Source of the DNA: an uncultured virus (IMG/VR IMGVR_UViG_2630968639_000002)
Lineage: Duplodnaviria; Heunggongvirae; Uroviricota; Caudoviricetes
IMG/VR virus record: IMGVR_UViG_2630968639_000002
Span: 1 to 64,000 of that record
DNA length: 64,000 nucleotides
Strand: one strand, 5' to 3'
Shown here: positions 19,908 to 30,664 of the stretch, one piece after another
How the letters are laid out: each line of letters begins with the position of its first letter
Position numbering within the stretch: the first letter of the stretch is position 1
Position numbers and translations under genes: made by a program
Notes under the pieces: model-generated
Seen by the model: only the letters and a program-made list of their open reading frames with translations
The model's database searches: none
Told to the model about the DNA's origin: nothing

Positions 19908-20332
19908 TAGAGATAAGCATCCAGTGACAACTGAAGCGCCTGTGCGATCTTTTTCAGGGCCAGCTCTTCTTGTTCGCCAATACCGTCTTGGTCGGCAATA
20001 TCAAGGCACAGACACAGTACATCTACTGCATCATTAGTCCCGGCCACATCAGCCAGCTCACGTAAAGCCTGGGCATTAGCGCGGCGCGGTGAGGCTTCGT
20101 ATTGAGCACGGATATTGGCGCTCATTTGGGCAATCTCACCAGCAAACGGAGAAAACGCAGGCAGAGCTGCAATTGTTTTCTCAAGAATGGAAATTTCCTT
20201 TGCGTCGCATGTGCCATCGGCATAGGAGATCATGTACGCGCCCCACACGGTGGCTTCAACCGCATCTCGGTTCTCCATTTTTTTGACCTCGATAACAGCT
20301 TTACGAGTTTTCTTTTTGAATAAACCTAACAT
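19907..20332 (-). CDS. TerB-family protein
   Basis: YADG...E and IADQDGIGEQE...LKKIAQAL motifs. Confidence 0.85.
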   Translation of the reverse strand: MLGLFKKKTRKAVIEVKKMENRDAVEATVWGAYMISYADGTCDAKEISILEKTIAALPAFSPFAGEIAQMSANIRAQYEASPRRANAQALRELADVAGTNDAVDVLCLCLDIADQDGIGEQEELALKKIAQALQLSLDAYL

Positions 20333-20425
20333 GTGCTTTCCTTTTGTTATTTGTTAAAACAAGTTGTTTTCTAGTTACATGAATTGCTTACGAAAAGACG
20401 GTCAATGCATATGCACTAACAACCG

Positions 20426-20623
20426 TCAGAAATAACCAAGTACCGAACCGACTGGAAAAACAAAAATCCCAACAACACGAGCCAAGGTCATACCAGCCTG
20501 AAACTGGAGATCACCAGAGCAAACGAGTTTTACAATGTTCGATACCCAACCGGCGGCCATGAGAGCTATGAAAGCCAGAATCGCCAGCCAAGTTTTTCCA
20601 AAGTGATTTGAAAACCAGTTCAT
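20426..20623 (-). CDS. small membrane protein
   Basis: Two hydrophobic segments. Confidence 0.65.
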   Translation of the reverse strand: MNWFSNHFGKTWLAILAFIALMAAGWVSNIVKLVCSGDLQFQAGMTLARVVGIFVFPVGSVLGYF

Positions 20624-20632
20624 ACAACCGCC

Positions 20633-21127
20633 TTAGTCACAGCATGATCCTGAGTAACTGGATGAACTTGAGGTATCGCATCCACCGTCATCCCATCCAG
20701 AGTGACAGGACGCTCTACTGGAGTGGTGGTAATTGTCGTCGACGGAGGTGTGGTGATGGATGAACCCGGCATCAAAAGGCTCTGGCCGGCTGGAACGGCT
20801 ACCGTCGCCAGTGAAACTATAATGAGAACGTAGGCCATTGGTTTCAGCCTCTTTCTTTGAAAATTTTCCATTCGAACTGTCCTTGTTGTTTTTCTCCTTC
20901 ACTAAAGGCCGTGTACTTTTCGCTTCGCGTGAAGAACCAGAGGTAACAATCGCCCCCACGTTCGCAACAACTGACGCTTGCTTATCTAAACGTTCATTCA
21001 GCAACCGAACGGCAGTCTCTAGTTCATCAAGACGTGACAGAACACGACCGCTAAATAATTCGGCCAAAATTTGACGTAGTGAACGAGGACGTTTAGTTGC
21101 AGAAGTGAAATAGGTTTGACGTGCCAT
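20633..21127 (-). CDS. hypothetical protein with Ser-rich tail
   Basis: GGAG RBS. Confidence 0.65.
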   Translation of the reverse strand: MARQTYFTSATKRPRSLRQILAELFSGRVLSRLDELETAVRLLNERLDKQASVVANVGAIVTSGSSREAKSTRPLVKEKNNKDSSNGKFSKKEAETNGLRSHYSFTGDGSRSSRPEPFDAGFIHHHTSVDDNYHHSSRASCHSGWDDGGCDTSSSSSYSGSCCD

Positions 21128-21272
21128 GTGGACTCCATCCAGTGTCAGAAAGAGTTGCGGCTGGCGATTGCCAGCCGCATTTCTCGTTCCATCCTGGAAC
21201 TGTGTCTTACCGACACATTGTCATCCTGACGCCGATAAGATACATGATTTAAAATGATAGGTAAACACTTAC

Positions 21273-21866
21273 TTACTGCTTGTTGTAAACAAAACCAATA
21301 TCTTTCTTGTGAGGCATATCTGCTGCGGAAAAAGCTGCGATCTTCGCGAGTCGATCACATATTTCATTTTCACGATGCCCGGCGTGACCTTTAACCCACT
21401 TCCAGCGAACATTATGTCGACTTGCAGCCTCATCCAGACGCTTCCACAGATCAACATTCTTTACCGGTTTTTTGTCAGAAGTCACCCATCCATTGCGTTT
21501 CCACCATTTCATCCACTGTGTCATGCCGTTTTTCAGATACTGGCTATCAGAGTGCAAAATAACGTTGCATGGATATTTCAAACGCTCCAGCCCGATAAGT
21601 GCCCCCATCATCTCCATGCGGTTATTGGTGGTGCTATGAAAACCATCTGAGAACTCGCGTTCCTCACCACGATACTGGAGAACTATACCGTAACCGCCCG
21701 GGCCACCCGGATTTTTAAGGCAAGAGCCATCACTGAAGATTTTCACGGTTTTAAGCTGGGGATTGAACTCTACGACAGGCGTTGTGGGATTGGTGCGGGG
21801 AGAATTTTTGTTTTTGTCATTTTTGCGAGTTTTTGCTTGCGATCGGGCTGGTGTCTTCGTCGTCAT
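21273..21866 (-). CDS. rnhA: ribonuclease HI
   Basis: DGSC..NPGGPGG, TTNNRME, SDSQY, WVKGHAG..ENE..D motifs. Confidence 0.95.
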   Translation of the reverse strand: MTTKTPARSQAKTRKNDKNKNSPRTNPTTPVVEFNPQLKTVKIFSDGSCLKNPGGPGGYGIVLQYRGEEREFSDGFHSTTNNRMEMMGALIGLERLKYPCNVILHSDSQYLKNGMTQWMKWWKRNGWVTSDKKPVKNVDLWKRLDEAASRHNVRWKWVKGHAGHRENEICDRLAKIAAFSAADMPHKKDIGFVYNKQ

Positions 21867-22451
21867 ATAAACTCCTGAATCAAGCGCCGCGCCGATTTTT
21901 TTTCCTCGCGCGTGCGCACACGCGTGCGTGTTAATAATTATTAAAATAAACAAATTACTTCCCAGAACAGGTTTTTATAAACCTGAACTGAACGAACGAA
22001 GTGAGTGAAGTTCACCTCGAACGAAGTGAGAGGTTGTCTTTTCAGGTAATACTCTCCCAGGGAGGTGAGTATAAAAATCCCTCACCAACCTGGTCGTTTC
22101 ATAACCTGAAAAGTTATGGTCTAAGTCTACTGCCAGCTTAGACTTGGGAAGTTATGGATGACAGCACCCCAGAACCGAGATCTTCCCACACTTTATGAAG
22201 GGGAGTACTGGATTCAACCTCTCGAAACACCCCAGACTCGACAATCATAAAGTGACCCTTGTCTCCGCTCACTTTGGTTCCCCCTTCCCCGACACCTAAA
22301 CGGCACCAGTTCTACGCTGGTAGTGAGCTTTTTTAAACCTGACGCCAGTGACGCTTACCCCCACCCATCAGGTCGAGTCTCCAGTCTACGACTGGAAACT
22401 ATCAGATCTTAGCACTTACAATTCACTTTATGAATAGTTTGTACTTATCTA

Positions 22452-22682
22452 TCATTGTGATTGATTATTTTCTCTACCATGTAGTTGAACATTCAAGGCA
22501 AACACCTCATTGATCAACTCACCTAAAAGCTGTTCAACAAGTTCGCGATGCTCGCCAAGATGCAAGCACTTAATTGCCCACTCGTACAAGTTGAAAGCCT
22601 GCTCACGATCTTTCATCATTTCACGAGCCTGGGCCAGAAAATCGCTCTCTACGAGCGCAACGACATTAGTCGGGTATGACAT
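22452..22682 (-). CDS. hypothetical protein
   Basis: AAGGA RBS. Confidence 0.65.
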   Translation of the reverse strand: MSYPTNVVALVESDFLAQAREMMKDREQAFNLYEWAIKCLHLGEHRELVEQLLGELINEVFALNVQLHGRENNQSQ

Positions 22683-22868
22683 GTTGGTTTCCTTAAAGTG
22701 GTTCATAAAATCGATTTTAAAGCGTCTGGGAAGGGGTTCTAGTGGATTCTGTAGTGGTGTTCAGGTCTGGGAGTCTCTGATATAAAACAGCCTGCTTCCG
22801 TATATTAATAATTAATATGTAGTTATTTATATATACAGAAGCAGGCTAATTACAGACGCCAGAACAAA

Positions 22869-23462
22869 CTAAGCAGCCTTCTTTGATGGTCTTTTTTTTC
22901 TGATCACGTTTGCAGGATCATACCCTCCCAGACTTTTCATCACGTCCAAAGGGATCTTACTTATAGAGTGCCCGGCGTCCTGACAGAATCCTCGAAAAAC
23001 AACGAGCATACTGCCACCGGGGTTGATGTTTACTTCTACCTGACCCAAATTGACGTCAGGCTCGACAAACGCTACGCGGCCACCAAACAGAATAATCGTC
23101 TCATTCGCATACTCTGTTGCACGCTCATACCACTTTGTATCGAGGGATTGAGGAATTAGCATCACTGTTGTAACTCCGCGAGCCTGCTCACGTATAGCCG
23201 CATCAATCCAGGGGGAGATTTTGGAGTAGGGTGGATTGAGGAAGGCAATTGTACCTGGCTGCCCCCATTCAGATTTCAAAGCATCGCGCTCAACGCCTAT
23301 GAAATTAGGCAGCTTTGCATTGTCCTTGTTGCAGGCAACGTCAACATCAAATGTCACTCCAAGATAACGTTGAATGGCAGAAAACAGCCAATCAGGTGTT
23401 CTCCAGAGGTCACGAAGAGAGTTGTCGCGCTTTCGCTGTTTGATTTTTTCGGCTGCAATCAT
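22869..23462 (-). CDS. phage N6-adenine DNA methyltransferase
   Basis: WRTP, FDVDVA and FLNPPYS motifs. Confidence 0.9.
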   Translation of the reverse strand: MIAAEKIKQRKRDNSLRDLWRTPDWLFSAIQRYLGVTFDVDVACNKDNAKLPNFIGVERDALKSEWGQPGTIAFLNPPYSKISPWIDAAIREQARGVTTVMLIPQSLDTKWYERATEYANETIILFGGRVAFVEPDVNLGQVEVNINPGGSMLVVFRGFCQDAGHSISKIPLDVMKSLGGYDPANVIRKKRPSKKAA

Positions 23463-23644
23463 CTTCTTTCTCGATAGGTAAGTAAATACCTATTTTTGCA
23501 TTTGATTTTATGTCTGGCAATCAAATAAAACGCGCCAGAAATGCAAACGAGAAGCTCTCTGGCGCGTTTTTGTGGTGCTGGATATGTGATTGGCTTACCC
23601 AGCACTATAAAGCTCTCTATGGGCTTTATTTTCAGTAGGGGACG

Positions 23645-24454
23645 TCATCCAATAGTGTACTCCGCTACAAACTTCTTAACGATCGGTGATTCTTCGTTCA
23701 ATGTTAGATTTCCACCGTCTCTAACGGCAATTCCTGTCGCTGGAAATACAGCCATCATTTGCCCAGCCTGAGTTGACGCAGTGTTAAGCGGATACGGTTT
23801 TTCTGGATTGCTCATTAAAGCAATCTTAATACTATTACTTGTAGCCTTCTTTTCTGTGAGAAGGTGTCTCATGGAAATTACCGTGTAAACACTAATATCT
23901 GGACCTCCGCTAAACCAATTAAGAAGGTTTAATATCTTATCCTTTGCTTTGACAGGCGCGTTATCGTAAGCATCTAAAAAAATATCTTTCTCTAAACCCG
24001 CTTTATTGAAAAACGCATCATCTTTATCACTTAGAGTAAAACGAGGACCTCTTGCAGTACGCGCTTTTTTATTTGTGTTGCTATCATTTGACTGTTGAAC
24101 TTTTAATTCATCATTAACCTCTACACACTCTTCAACCTCAATGATCCCCAACTGCTCTGGCTCATTTTCGGCAACTTCACCACTTTCAGTGTTAATTACG
24201 TTTATAGGCTCATGCGCTAACTCCAACTCATTTAAAGCGGAGCTGAAATCACCTGCTTTTTCTTCATTGAACAGTTCTTCGGCAACATCATCAGAACTCA
24301 TGGCTACGCCAGCATCGAGGCCGAGAAGCAGATCGTCAATATCATCAGTATTTTCAACCTGTGCAGCTTTTTTTACTGGTTCATCAAGTGATTGCAACAT
24401 GGCTGTCAGCTCATCCAGATCATCATTTGTCATTACATTTTCAACCGAACTCAT
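23645..24454 (-). CDS. hypothetical protein with highly acidic N-terminus
   Basis: AGGAG RBS, 269 aa. Confidence 0.75.
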   Translation of the reverse strand: MSSVENVMTNDDLDELTAMLQSLDEPVKKAAQVENTDDIDDLLLGLDAGVAMSSDDVAEELFNEEKAGDFSSALNELELAHEPINVINTESGEVAENEPEQLGIIEVEECVEVNDELKVQQSNDSNTNKKARTARGPRFTLSDKDDAFFNKAGLEKDIFLDAYDNAPVKAKDKILNLLNWFSGGPDISVYTVISMRHLLTEKKATSNSIKIALMSNPEKPYPLNTASTQAGQMMAVFPATGIAVRDGGNLTLNEESPIVKKFVAEYTIG

Positions 24455-24614
24455 GTAAGTCTCCTTCTGTTTAGTTGCATTTGCGTTTCGATGGCTACAT
24501 TTTGACTAAACCTATCAGGCGGAAAAGTATTAAATACAGGCAGGAAATGATTGAAAGGCGACTGTTCTTTAAAAGAAAGCCTGCTTCAAACTCTCTTTAA
24601 AGCAGGCTTTTGTT

Positions 24615-25172
24615 TTACACAATTTCAGAGGGTAATTTAAAAAATCCGTATTTATTACGTGCCTTAAAGAAGCATTGCATCATTAAGTTTGTGTCATATA
24701 AGGCACTATGTGCTTTGGCATGATCGTATATAAAGCCAAGAGAGAAGGCCAATTCTTCAAGACGAGGACGTTTACCGTCTTCTGTGGCCCACAATCCCGA
24801 TAACATAGTATCTATAACGGGAACGTCTGGCAGTCTTACTCCATACCCTGAAAACTCGTGTCTAATAAATGGTATATCAAACGCTTCGCCGTTATGAGCA
24901 ACCCACGCACTACATGCCTCCATATAAGCGCCAATTTCGCTGGCATGATTTGACAACAAAGGTTCAGCTGCGAGCTGTTCCAATGAAATGCCATGAACGG
25001 CTTGAGCTTTCGGATCTATGTTTCTGCGAGGGTTAAAACGCATCTCCAGACTATCAATATGTCTCTGTGTCTCCAGTTCATAGCGGGTAATTGCGATTTC
25101 AATAATTTTATGACCAGCAAGGAAATCCAGTCCCGTAGACTCGATATCGATGCCTGCAACAATCGTTGTCAT
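24615..25172 (-). CDS. DEDDh 3'-5' exonuclease (DnaQ/epsilon-like)
   Basis: DIESTG, VAHN..FD and HSALYD motifs. Confidence 0.92.
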   Translation of the reverse strand: MTTIVAGIDIESTGLDFLAGHKIIEIAITRYELETQRHIDSLEMRFNPRRNIDPKAQAVHGISLEQLAAEPLLSNHASEIGAYMEACSAWVAHNGEAFDIPFIRHEFSGYGVRLPDVPVIDTMLSGLWATEDGKRPRLEELAFSLGFIYDHAKAHSALYDTNLMMQCFFKARNKYGFFKLPSEIV

Positions 25173-25181
25173 CAGAACTCC

Positions 25182-25601
25182 TTACAACTTCTTAGCGCCC
25201 TTAAGTAGTGCGCTACGTACAAATTGAGCCGCTTTTTTCAAAGTTTCTTCACTGGTTTCACAGACAATCGGATCTTTCCACTTACCTGACGCAGTGTTGA
25301 GAATATTGATTTGGTTGCTATCCAGACAAACAGAGATATAAAGCACCGTGCCACCAGCCAGCATCAAATGCATAGGAAACAGAGGCTTTTTACTGTCTTC
25401 ACTGAACTGAGACATGGCGATGTTAATGGCTTCACCTACTTGTGCGCCAACAAGCCCTTGCGCAATTTCGAATACGGTACGAATAGCCAGACGAGCCTCT
25501 CGATCGCTCATAAGCGACCGGGAATGTTCGTCCGCTACACGAATCAAAGCCTCTGTTGTTTTCCGATCCAGTTCATCTTCAAGTAACATTTCACTAAACA
25601 T
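25182..25601 (-). CDS. hypothetical protein
   Basis: ORF in operon. Confidence 0.7.
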   Translation of the reverse strand: MFSEMLLEDELDRKTTEALIRVADEHSRSLMSDREARLAIRTVFEIAQGLVGAQVGEAINIAMSQFSEDSKKPLFPMHLMLAGGTVLYISVCLDSNQINILNTASGKWKDPIVCETSEETLKKAAQFVRSALLKGAKKL

Positions 25602-25662
25602 TTTTTATCCTTAACCCATTTTGAGAGTTTTATTGTCGCAATGTCGAAGAGGCGAACAATTT

Positions 25663-26307
25663 CTAATGAACGGTTACTCGGCCACAGAACCGGTTTTCTA
25701 TCTTTTCTACAGCGTTATCTAGCATTCTCATCACTGATCTGGCTCTTGCTTCAACCGTGCGATATCGGTTGGAAACGACGAAGGTTTGCAGATCTCCCCT
25801 TTGCGGATGCAGGTGAATTTTTGTCAGTTCCCCGCACATCAACGCATCAATACGAGCGACATACAGACGGTCTAATGATGCTCGTTGTGATCGCAAGTAA
25901 TCTCGCTCTGAGAGAGCGACTCCCGGGCGTAAGCCAGCAATGGCGTTAAAGTTTGAAATAGCAGTTTTGTGGCAAAACTTTTCGATATCGAGGGCTAACT
26001 CAATACACCGATCTTCATTTGTATGGCCGACCAAATCCAACGTGTAGGCCATAACATCAGCAGGTGTGCGATCGATAACAAAGCCTTCAACACCACGCGT
26101 AAGTAGCTCTATATGCTTTGCTATTTCCATTTGAATCTGAAGCCGCTCATATAGAGGCATAGACTCACCTACTCGAACACCGAGGCGGCTCATCAAACTT
26201 CCGACACCAGCATCCACGTAAGGGATTCCGTAATGTTTGTCGATATATTTAGCCAGGGTTGTTTTCCCACTGCCCTGAGCACCAGTGATCCCAATCCGGT
26301 AATCCAT
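25663..26307 (-). CDS. P-loop nucleotide kinase-like ATPase
   Basis: GAQGSGKTT and IDRTP motifs; lies in the thymidylate operon. Confidence 0.8.
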   Translation of the reverse strand: MDYRIGITGAQGSGKTTLAKYIDKHYGIPYVDAGVGSLMSRLGVRVGESMPLYERLQIQMEIAKHIELLTRGVEGFVIDRTPADVMAYTLDLVGHTNEDRCIELALDIEKFCHKTAISNFNAIAGLRPGVALSERDYLRSQRASLDRLYVARIDALMCGELTKIHLHPQRGDLQTFVVSNRYRTVEARARSVMRMLDNAVEKIENRFCGRVTVH

Positions 26308-26783
26308 TACGACCTTCTGTATACGATCTGCGAAAAGCCAGGCTCTTCCTCGCTGGCTCGTTGGGTATAAGCTGTTTCAACAGGCACAAAGCCTAAATTA
26401 CGCATCATGCTTGCCGGGAAGAATGCATCGGCGTTTGGCACATCAACGCCGATGTGGGAGAGCCAAATCTCTTCAACATGCGGCATGAATAGCGAGTAAA
26501 TTTGTTCCCCGCCAATCACCCACACAGGCTCTGGTAATCGCAACACATCATCCACACCAGCAGGGTAGAATCCATTTGGTACAAAGCCATGAGAGCGCGT
26601 CAAAACGAGGTTATGACGCTCTGGAAGAGGGCGTTTGAGACTTTCCATCGTTTTACGCCCCATAACGACAGTGGCGTTTTTGGTGAGTCTCTTAAATAGC
26701 TTCAGATCGGTAGAACAACGCCAGGGGAGTTCATTCGCTATGCCGATCTCATAGTTACGGCCAACAGCAGCGATCATCTTCAT
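26307..26783 (-). CDS. folA: dihydrofolate reductase
   Basis: LPW, MGRKT.ES, PLP.R.N and VIGG motifs. Confidence 0.93.
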   Translation of the reverse strand: MKMIAAVGRNYEIGIANELPWRCSTDLKLFKRLTKNATVVMGRKTMESLKRPLPERHNLVLTRSHGFVPNGFYPAGVDDVLRLPEPVWVIGGEQIYSLFMPHVEEIWLSHIGVDVPNADAFFPASMMRNLGFVPVETAYTQRASEEEPGFSQIVYRRS

Positions 26784-27193
26784 TTGCTCACCTCATAGAT
26801 GACCGGTCGATGGTGAGAGTCGGCTAAAGCGGCACGGAGTCGAGGATCGTGCACCAGCGCAGCGATAAGCAGATCGCCTTTATGCTCCGCTAATGTGCGC
26901 TTAATATGCTTCTCATAACTGGTGCCATTCGGTACGAGATGAAGCCAGTCATAATCAACGCCAAAATCTTTCAGCCATCGTTTAGTTGGCGCTTCAAGAG
27001 TTTCAGAGCGGCTACTGATAAGCACCACTTCAGCCCCTGAGCGAGCAAAACCACGCAACATACGGCTGGTGGGGAAAATGAGTTCATCACCGGCAATGAG
27101 CTGGCCTGCATCCGCGTCAGATACTGATTTACGATGGCTGGCATTTGCCAGCACACCTTCAATTTCGCATAAGACATACATACCTCTTGCCAT
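26780..27193 (-). CDS. degenerate HAD-fold (PNKP-phosphatase-like) protein
   Basis: CEIEGVLA in place of DxDGTL; ISSR..T..WL motif. Confidence 0.6.
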   Translation of the reverse strand: MARGMYVLCEIEGVLANASHRKSVSDADAGQLIAGDELIFPTSRMLRGFARSGAEVVLISSRSETLEAPTKRWLKDFGVDYDWLHLVPNGTSYEKHIKRTLAEHKGDLLIAALVHDPRLRAALADSHHRPVIYEVSK

Positions 27194-27194
27194 A

Positions 27195-28298
27195 TCACAC
27201 CGCCACTGGAACCTTGATCCACGATAGAGGGTCATAGCCAAGAATTAAAACCTCGTCCCATTTGAAATCATCCAACTCTGACCATTCATGAGGGAAAATA
27301 ACGACCGGATCTGAATGCTCTGGAGCCTGTCGTTTCATTAGCTCACACACACCTTCCATGTGGTTGTTGTACAAATGCACGTCAAAGCCAAAATGCACAA
27401 ATGCACCGGCCATGTGACCCGTAATCTTCGCGAGAAAATGAGTGAGAATGCCATAGCCAGCAATATTGAATGGCATACCAACAAAAGTGTCTACGCTACG
27501 CTGTACGAGGCAGGAGTTGAGGATGCGTTTGGGGATTCCAAGTTCATCCAGTTCAGCTTCAGTAACACTGCCGTCCATCTCCAGATCGTATAGCATCTTG
27601 GTGTAGATAGACTCGTAACCGAGGCGACTGTGTTGAAGACCAATGTCAGTTGCCATCGTTAAACGGGTTTCAAAATCCAGCTCACGACTCCACAAAGAGA
27701 AGACAAAGTGGCAAGGTGGCAGTTTCATATCCTCAAGCTCGCCTACGTTCCATGCGTTAAGCATGATGCGACGATCGGTAGGGTTCGTGCGCAGTGTATC
27801 GACAATACGCTGTAGCTGATCGATTTCACGGGACAGCACTACGCGATCTTCACTGATACCCAGGTATCCCTCGACTTTGTACCCGCGTTCACGGAAAGTA
27901 GCGATCTTGCTCAGATATTCACTATGGCTCACGATGCGGGTATCTTCCCATCGACGCCACTGCTTACCGTAAACCGGCCCCAAATCGCCATTCTCATCGG
28001 CCCATGCATCCCAAATCTTAACGCCGTTATCCTTGAGAAATTGGATGTTGCCCGTGCCTTTCAGATACCACTCAAGTTCGACAAGCAGTGGCTTAAGATT
28101 TACCGCCTTTCCAGAAATAAGCGGCACAGTCCCACCAGTAAGCATGTAGTAAGAGGGAACGTAGCAGGTGCTTAAAGTACCAGTGCCTGTGCGATCATCA
28201 GCCTGCACGCCGCTTTTAAGCACCGTCTCAATAACTTTTGCATACGATGCGTTTGTTACCTGACCGTTCGTATGCTCACGATTCAAAAGGAGTGACAC
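27195..28298 (-). CDS. thyA: thymidylate synthase
   Basis: DRTGTGT, LGPVYG.QWR, LPPCH and QRS.D...G.PFN motifs. Confidence 0.97.
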   Translation of the reverse strand: MSLLLNREHTNGQVTNASYAKVIETVLKSGVQADDRTGTGTLSTCYVPSYYMLTGGTVPLISGKAVNLKPLLVELEWYLKGTGNIQFLKDNGVKIWDAWADENGDLGPVYGKQWRRWEDTRIVSHSEYLSKIATFRERGYKVEGYLGISEDRVVLSREIDQLQRIVDTLRTNPTDRRIMLNAWNVGELEDMKLPPCHFVFSLWSRELDFETRLTMATDIGLQHSRLGYESIYTKMLYDLEMDGSVTEAELDELGIPKRILNSCLVQRSVDTFVGMPFNIAGYGILTHFLAKITGHMAGAFVHFGFDVHLYNNHMEGVCELMKRQAPEHSDPVVIFPHEWSELDDFKWDEVLILGYDPLSWIKVPVAV

Positions 28299-28468
28299 AA
28301 AAACCTCACAAAGATAAGTAACCACTTATTAATTACGTGAGTTTACATTTATTGAGAGAACAAGACCAGACAGATAAAAAAATGGTGGCCATAGGCCACC
28401 AAAACGAATAGTCATTCCAGAGTTTTATTACGCATGTTAAATATACACAGATAGATAACTACCTACAA

Positions 28469-29338
28469 TTATTTTTTGATCATTCCGTACATTGCTGAGG
28501 CTTTAGCTTGCTCAACAAAGGAGGATAAATCGACATCACTATAGGTTGGAGACTTCAGAATCTTTCCATCGGAAATTCGAAAACCGATCATCTTATCGGT
28601 GCCATCAGCATGGCGGAATCCCAGATCTGAAGAGTCGTATTTGCAGTTGGCCACAGCCTGGCGACGTTCCTCAACATCAGCAGGCCATAATTTTGTCATG
28701 TTAGACCGATGAATTTCGCCAACCAGCTCGACGACATTGATACCGAGGAAATCAGCCAGTCGATAAGTCATCATGCACGCCACATAGATTTTGTTCATTA
28801 CACGGCGCAGTTCCTGAATCAGCTCAGAATCCTTAACAGTCTTCTTCTCAAGTTTATCTGCCAGCTCTTCGAGCATACATGACGCCTCACGAGCTTCCTG
28901 AAATGGCATTGCCATATCATCGAAAACAGTGTTACCGGGCACAAAAATTGTCTGCATAAAGCGATCAATGCTCTGTTCCTGCGTGTAATAGGTCATGCCG
29001 GTAGAAATACCACCTTTGATGGAGACCATCGTACCAACACCAACGTATAAAAAGTCGGCCATTGCATCCAGCAGTTGCTCAATATCCCCATTCATTGCGG
29101 CTGGAATACCTTCCACTACAGCTTCTTCATGAATCAGGCTTGCACGGAGACGAAGCAGCTCTGGTGTCGGCATAACGCGTCTCGGATGCTGGAAGAGTTC
29201 ATGAAACTGATCGACCATCTTGTAAATACTTTCAGTGGCTACACCATGGCCTTCATGCAACTCATATGGTTCTGGCTTAAATCCAATGAGTCGATCGGTG
29301 GCAAGTTTCAGGTGGTCAGTCAGTTTGGTAAAGTTCAT
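28469..29338 (-). CDS. MazG-superfamily NTP pyrophosphohydrolase
   Basis: LIHEE, DAMADFLYV, HRSNMTK and GKILKS motifs. Confidence 0.8.
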   Translation of the reverse strand: MNFTKLTDHLKLATDRLIGFKPEPYELHEGHGVATESIYKMVDQFHELFQHPRRVMPTPELLRLRASLIHEEAVVEGIPAAMNGDIEQLLDAMADFLYVGVGTMVSIKGGISTGMTYYTQEQSIDRFMQTIFVPGNTVFDDMAMPFQEAREASCMLEELADKLEKKTVKDSELIQELRRVMNKIYVACMMTYRLADFLGINVVELVGEIHRSNMTKLWPADVEERRQAVANCKYDSSDLGFRHADGTDKMIGFRISDGKILKSPTYSDVDLSSFVEQAKASAMYGMIKK

Positions 29339-29415
29339 GCTAGTTTTGTTCCTTCTTAATTCTTGTGATCCATTGTGGCCCAGCGTTGCCAGGCCACATA
29401 ATGCTTTGTATCGGT

Positions 29416-30558
29416 TTACAGGTCTGCAAACTGGCTTAGAGAAGCCTTGTCCACGGTAGAATCGATCTGACCTACCAGATATGTGCTTTGCTCTGCCTCT
29501 TGTGGTGCAATTTGCAGTGTGTCGGTTAACAACCACTTGTTCATCCAGACCAGCGGATCTGTGGTAACTTCTGGAAATAAAGCCTTCAGGCCAAGACGAT
29601 TCATAGCCAGATTGGTGCGGTATTTTACATAGGTCTTCAGAATATCCGCGTTTAAACCAATCATCGAACCGTCTTTGAAGAGATAGTCTGCCCAGTTCAT
29701 TTCTTGTTCGGCGACTGATTTCATGGTGTCGTAAATGACGTTTTCTTCATCAGCAGCAATCTCTTTCCACAATAAACCTTCGCGACCGGTACGCATGAAG
29801 CGGATCATGCGTTCAGTTCCTTCGCAATGCAGAGCTTCATCACGGGCAATAAAGCGCATAATTTTGGTGTTACCCTCAAGCAACTTCCGTTCGCCAAAGG
29901 CAAACGTACATGCAAAACTTACATAGAAACGGATCGCCTCAAGCGCATTAATGGACACCAACGTGCGGAAAAGCTGACGGTGCAAAGGGTATGGCTCCCA
30001 GCCATATTCATTTACGTACAGACGTTCAAACTCTTTCTCACCTAACGACTGGCGCTCGCAGGTCATCCCATAAAGCCTGTCATATTCAGCAGAGATACTG
30101 ATCGCTCGGTTGATGATTTCTTCATCCGTAACAATACCGTCAAAAACAATGCTCGGATCGTCCACCATGCCACGAATAATGTGGGTGTAGCTGCGGCTAT
30201 GGATAGTCTCAGAGAAAGACCATGTTTCAACCCACGTTTCCAGTTCAGGAATAGAGATAAGCGGCAGCAGCGTTGCATTTGGGCTACGTCCCTGAACTGA
30301 ATCGAGTAACGTTTGATAACGGAGATTGCTCAGAAAAATGTGACGTTCGTGGTCCCGCAGCTTCGTGTTGAAGTCGATACGATCGCTCGAAATATCAACT
30401 TCTTCCGGCCGCCAGAAGAAAGACAATTGACGTTCAATCAACTTTTCAAAATCACGGTATTTTTGCTGATCGTAACGTGCCACGTTGACAGATTGTCCGA
30501 GGAACATAGGCTCTTTGGTTGCATCATTAGCACCCAAACGGAACGTTGAATATGACAT
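29416..30558 (-). CDS. nrdB: ribonucleotide reductase class Ia beta subunit
   Basis: [24 protein letters not shown] and RDEALH motifs. Confidence 0.97.
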   Translation of the reverse strand: MSYSTFRLGANDATKEPMFLGQSVNVARYDQQKYRDFEKLIERQLSFFWRPEEVDISSDRIDFNTKLRDHERHIFLSNLRYQTLLDSVQGRSPNATLLPLISIPELETWVETWSFSETIHSRSYTHIIRGMVDDPSIVFDGIVTDEEIINRAISISAEYDRLYGMTCERQSLGEKEFERLYVNEYGWEPYPLHRQLFRTLVSINALEAIRFYVSFACTFAFGERKLLEGNTKIMRFIARDEALHCEGTERMIRFMRTGREGLLWKEIAADEENVIYDTMKSVAEQEMNWADYLFKDGSMIGLNADILKTYVKYRTNLAMNRLGLKALFPEVTTDPLVWMNKWLLTDTLQIAPQEAEQSTYLVGQIDSTVDKASLSQFADL

Positions 30559-30664
30559 GTGTTTTTCCTTTTTCTTTTTTGGTGCGTTTAAACAAGTTGT
30601 TATCTTATGTGTTTAAACAAGGCTTACAAATCAAAGAGAAGGTGGGGATATCCCCCACCATATG

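Noticed and set aside
19907..20332. Tellurite resistance locus
   Set aside because: Single TerB-family gene with a small membrane partner, a common phage arrangement; no ter operon
22789..22847. Long AT-rich inverted repeat as a protelomerase or cruciform site
   Set aside because: Imperfect, lies just after the methylase stop, and shares its AGCCTGCTT stem with the hairpin near 24578; likely a terminator
26307..26783. Possible acquired trimethoprim-resistance dfr gene
   Set aside because: Lies in the core phage thymidylate operon with no integron or IS context; resistance cannot be inferred from sequence
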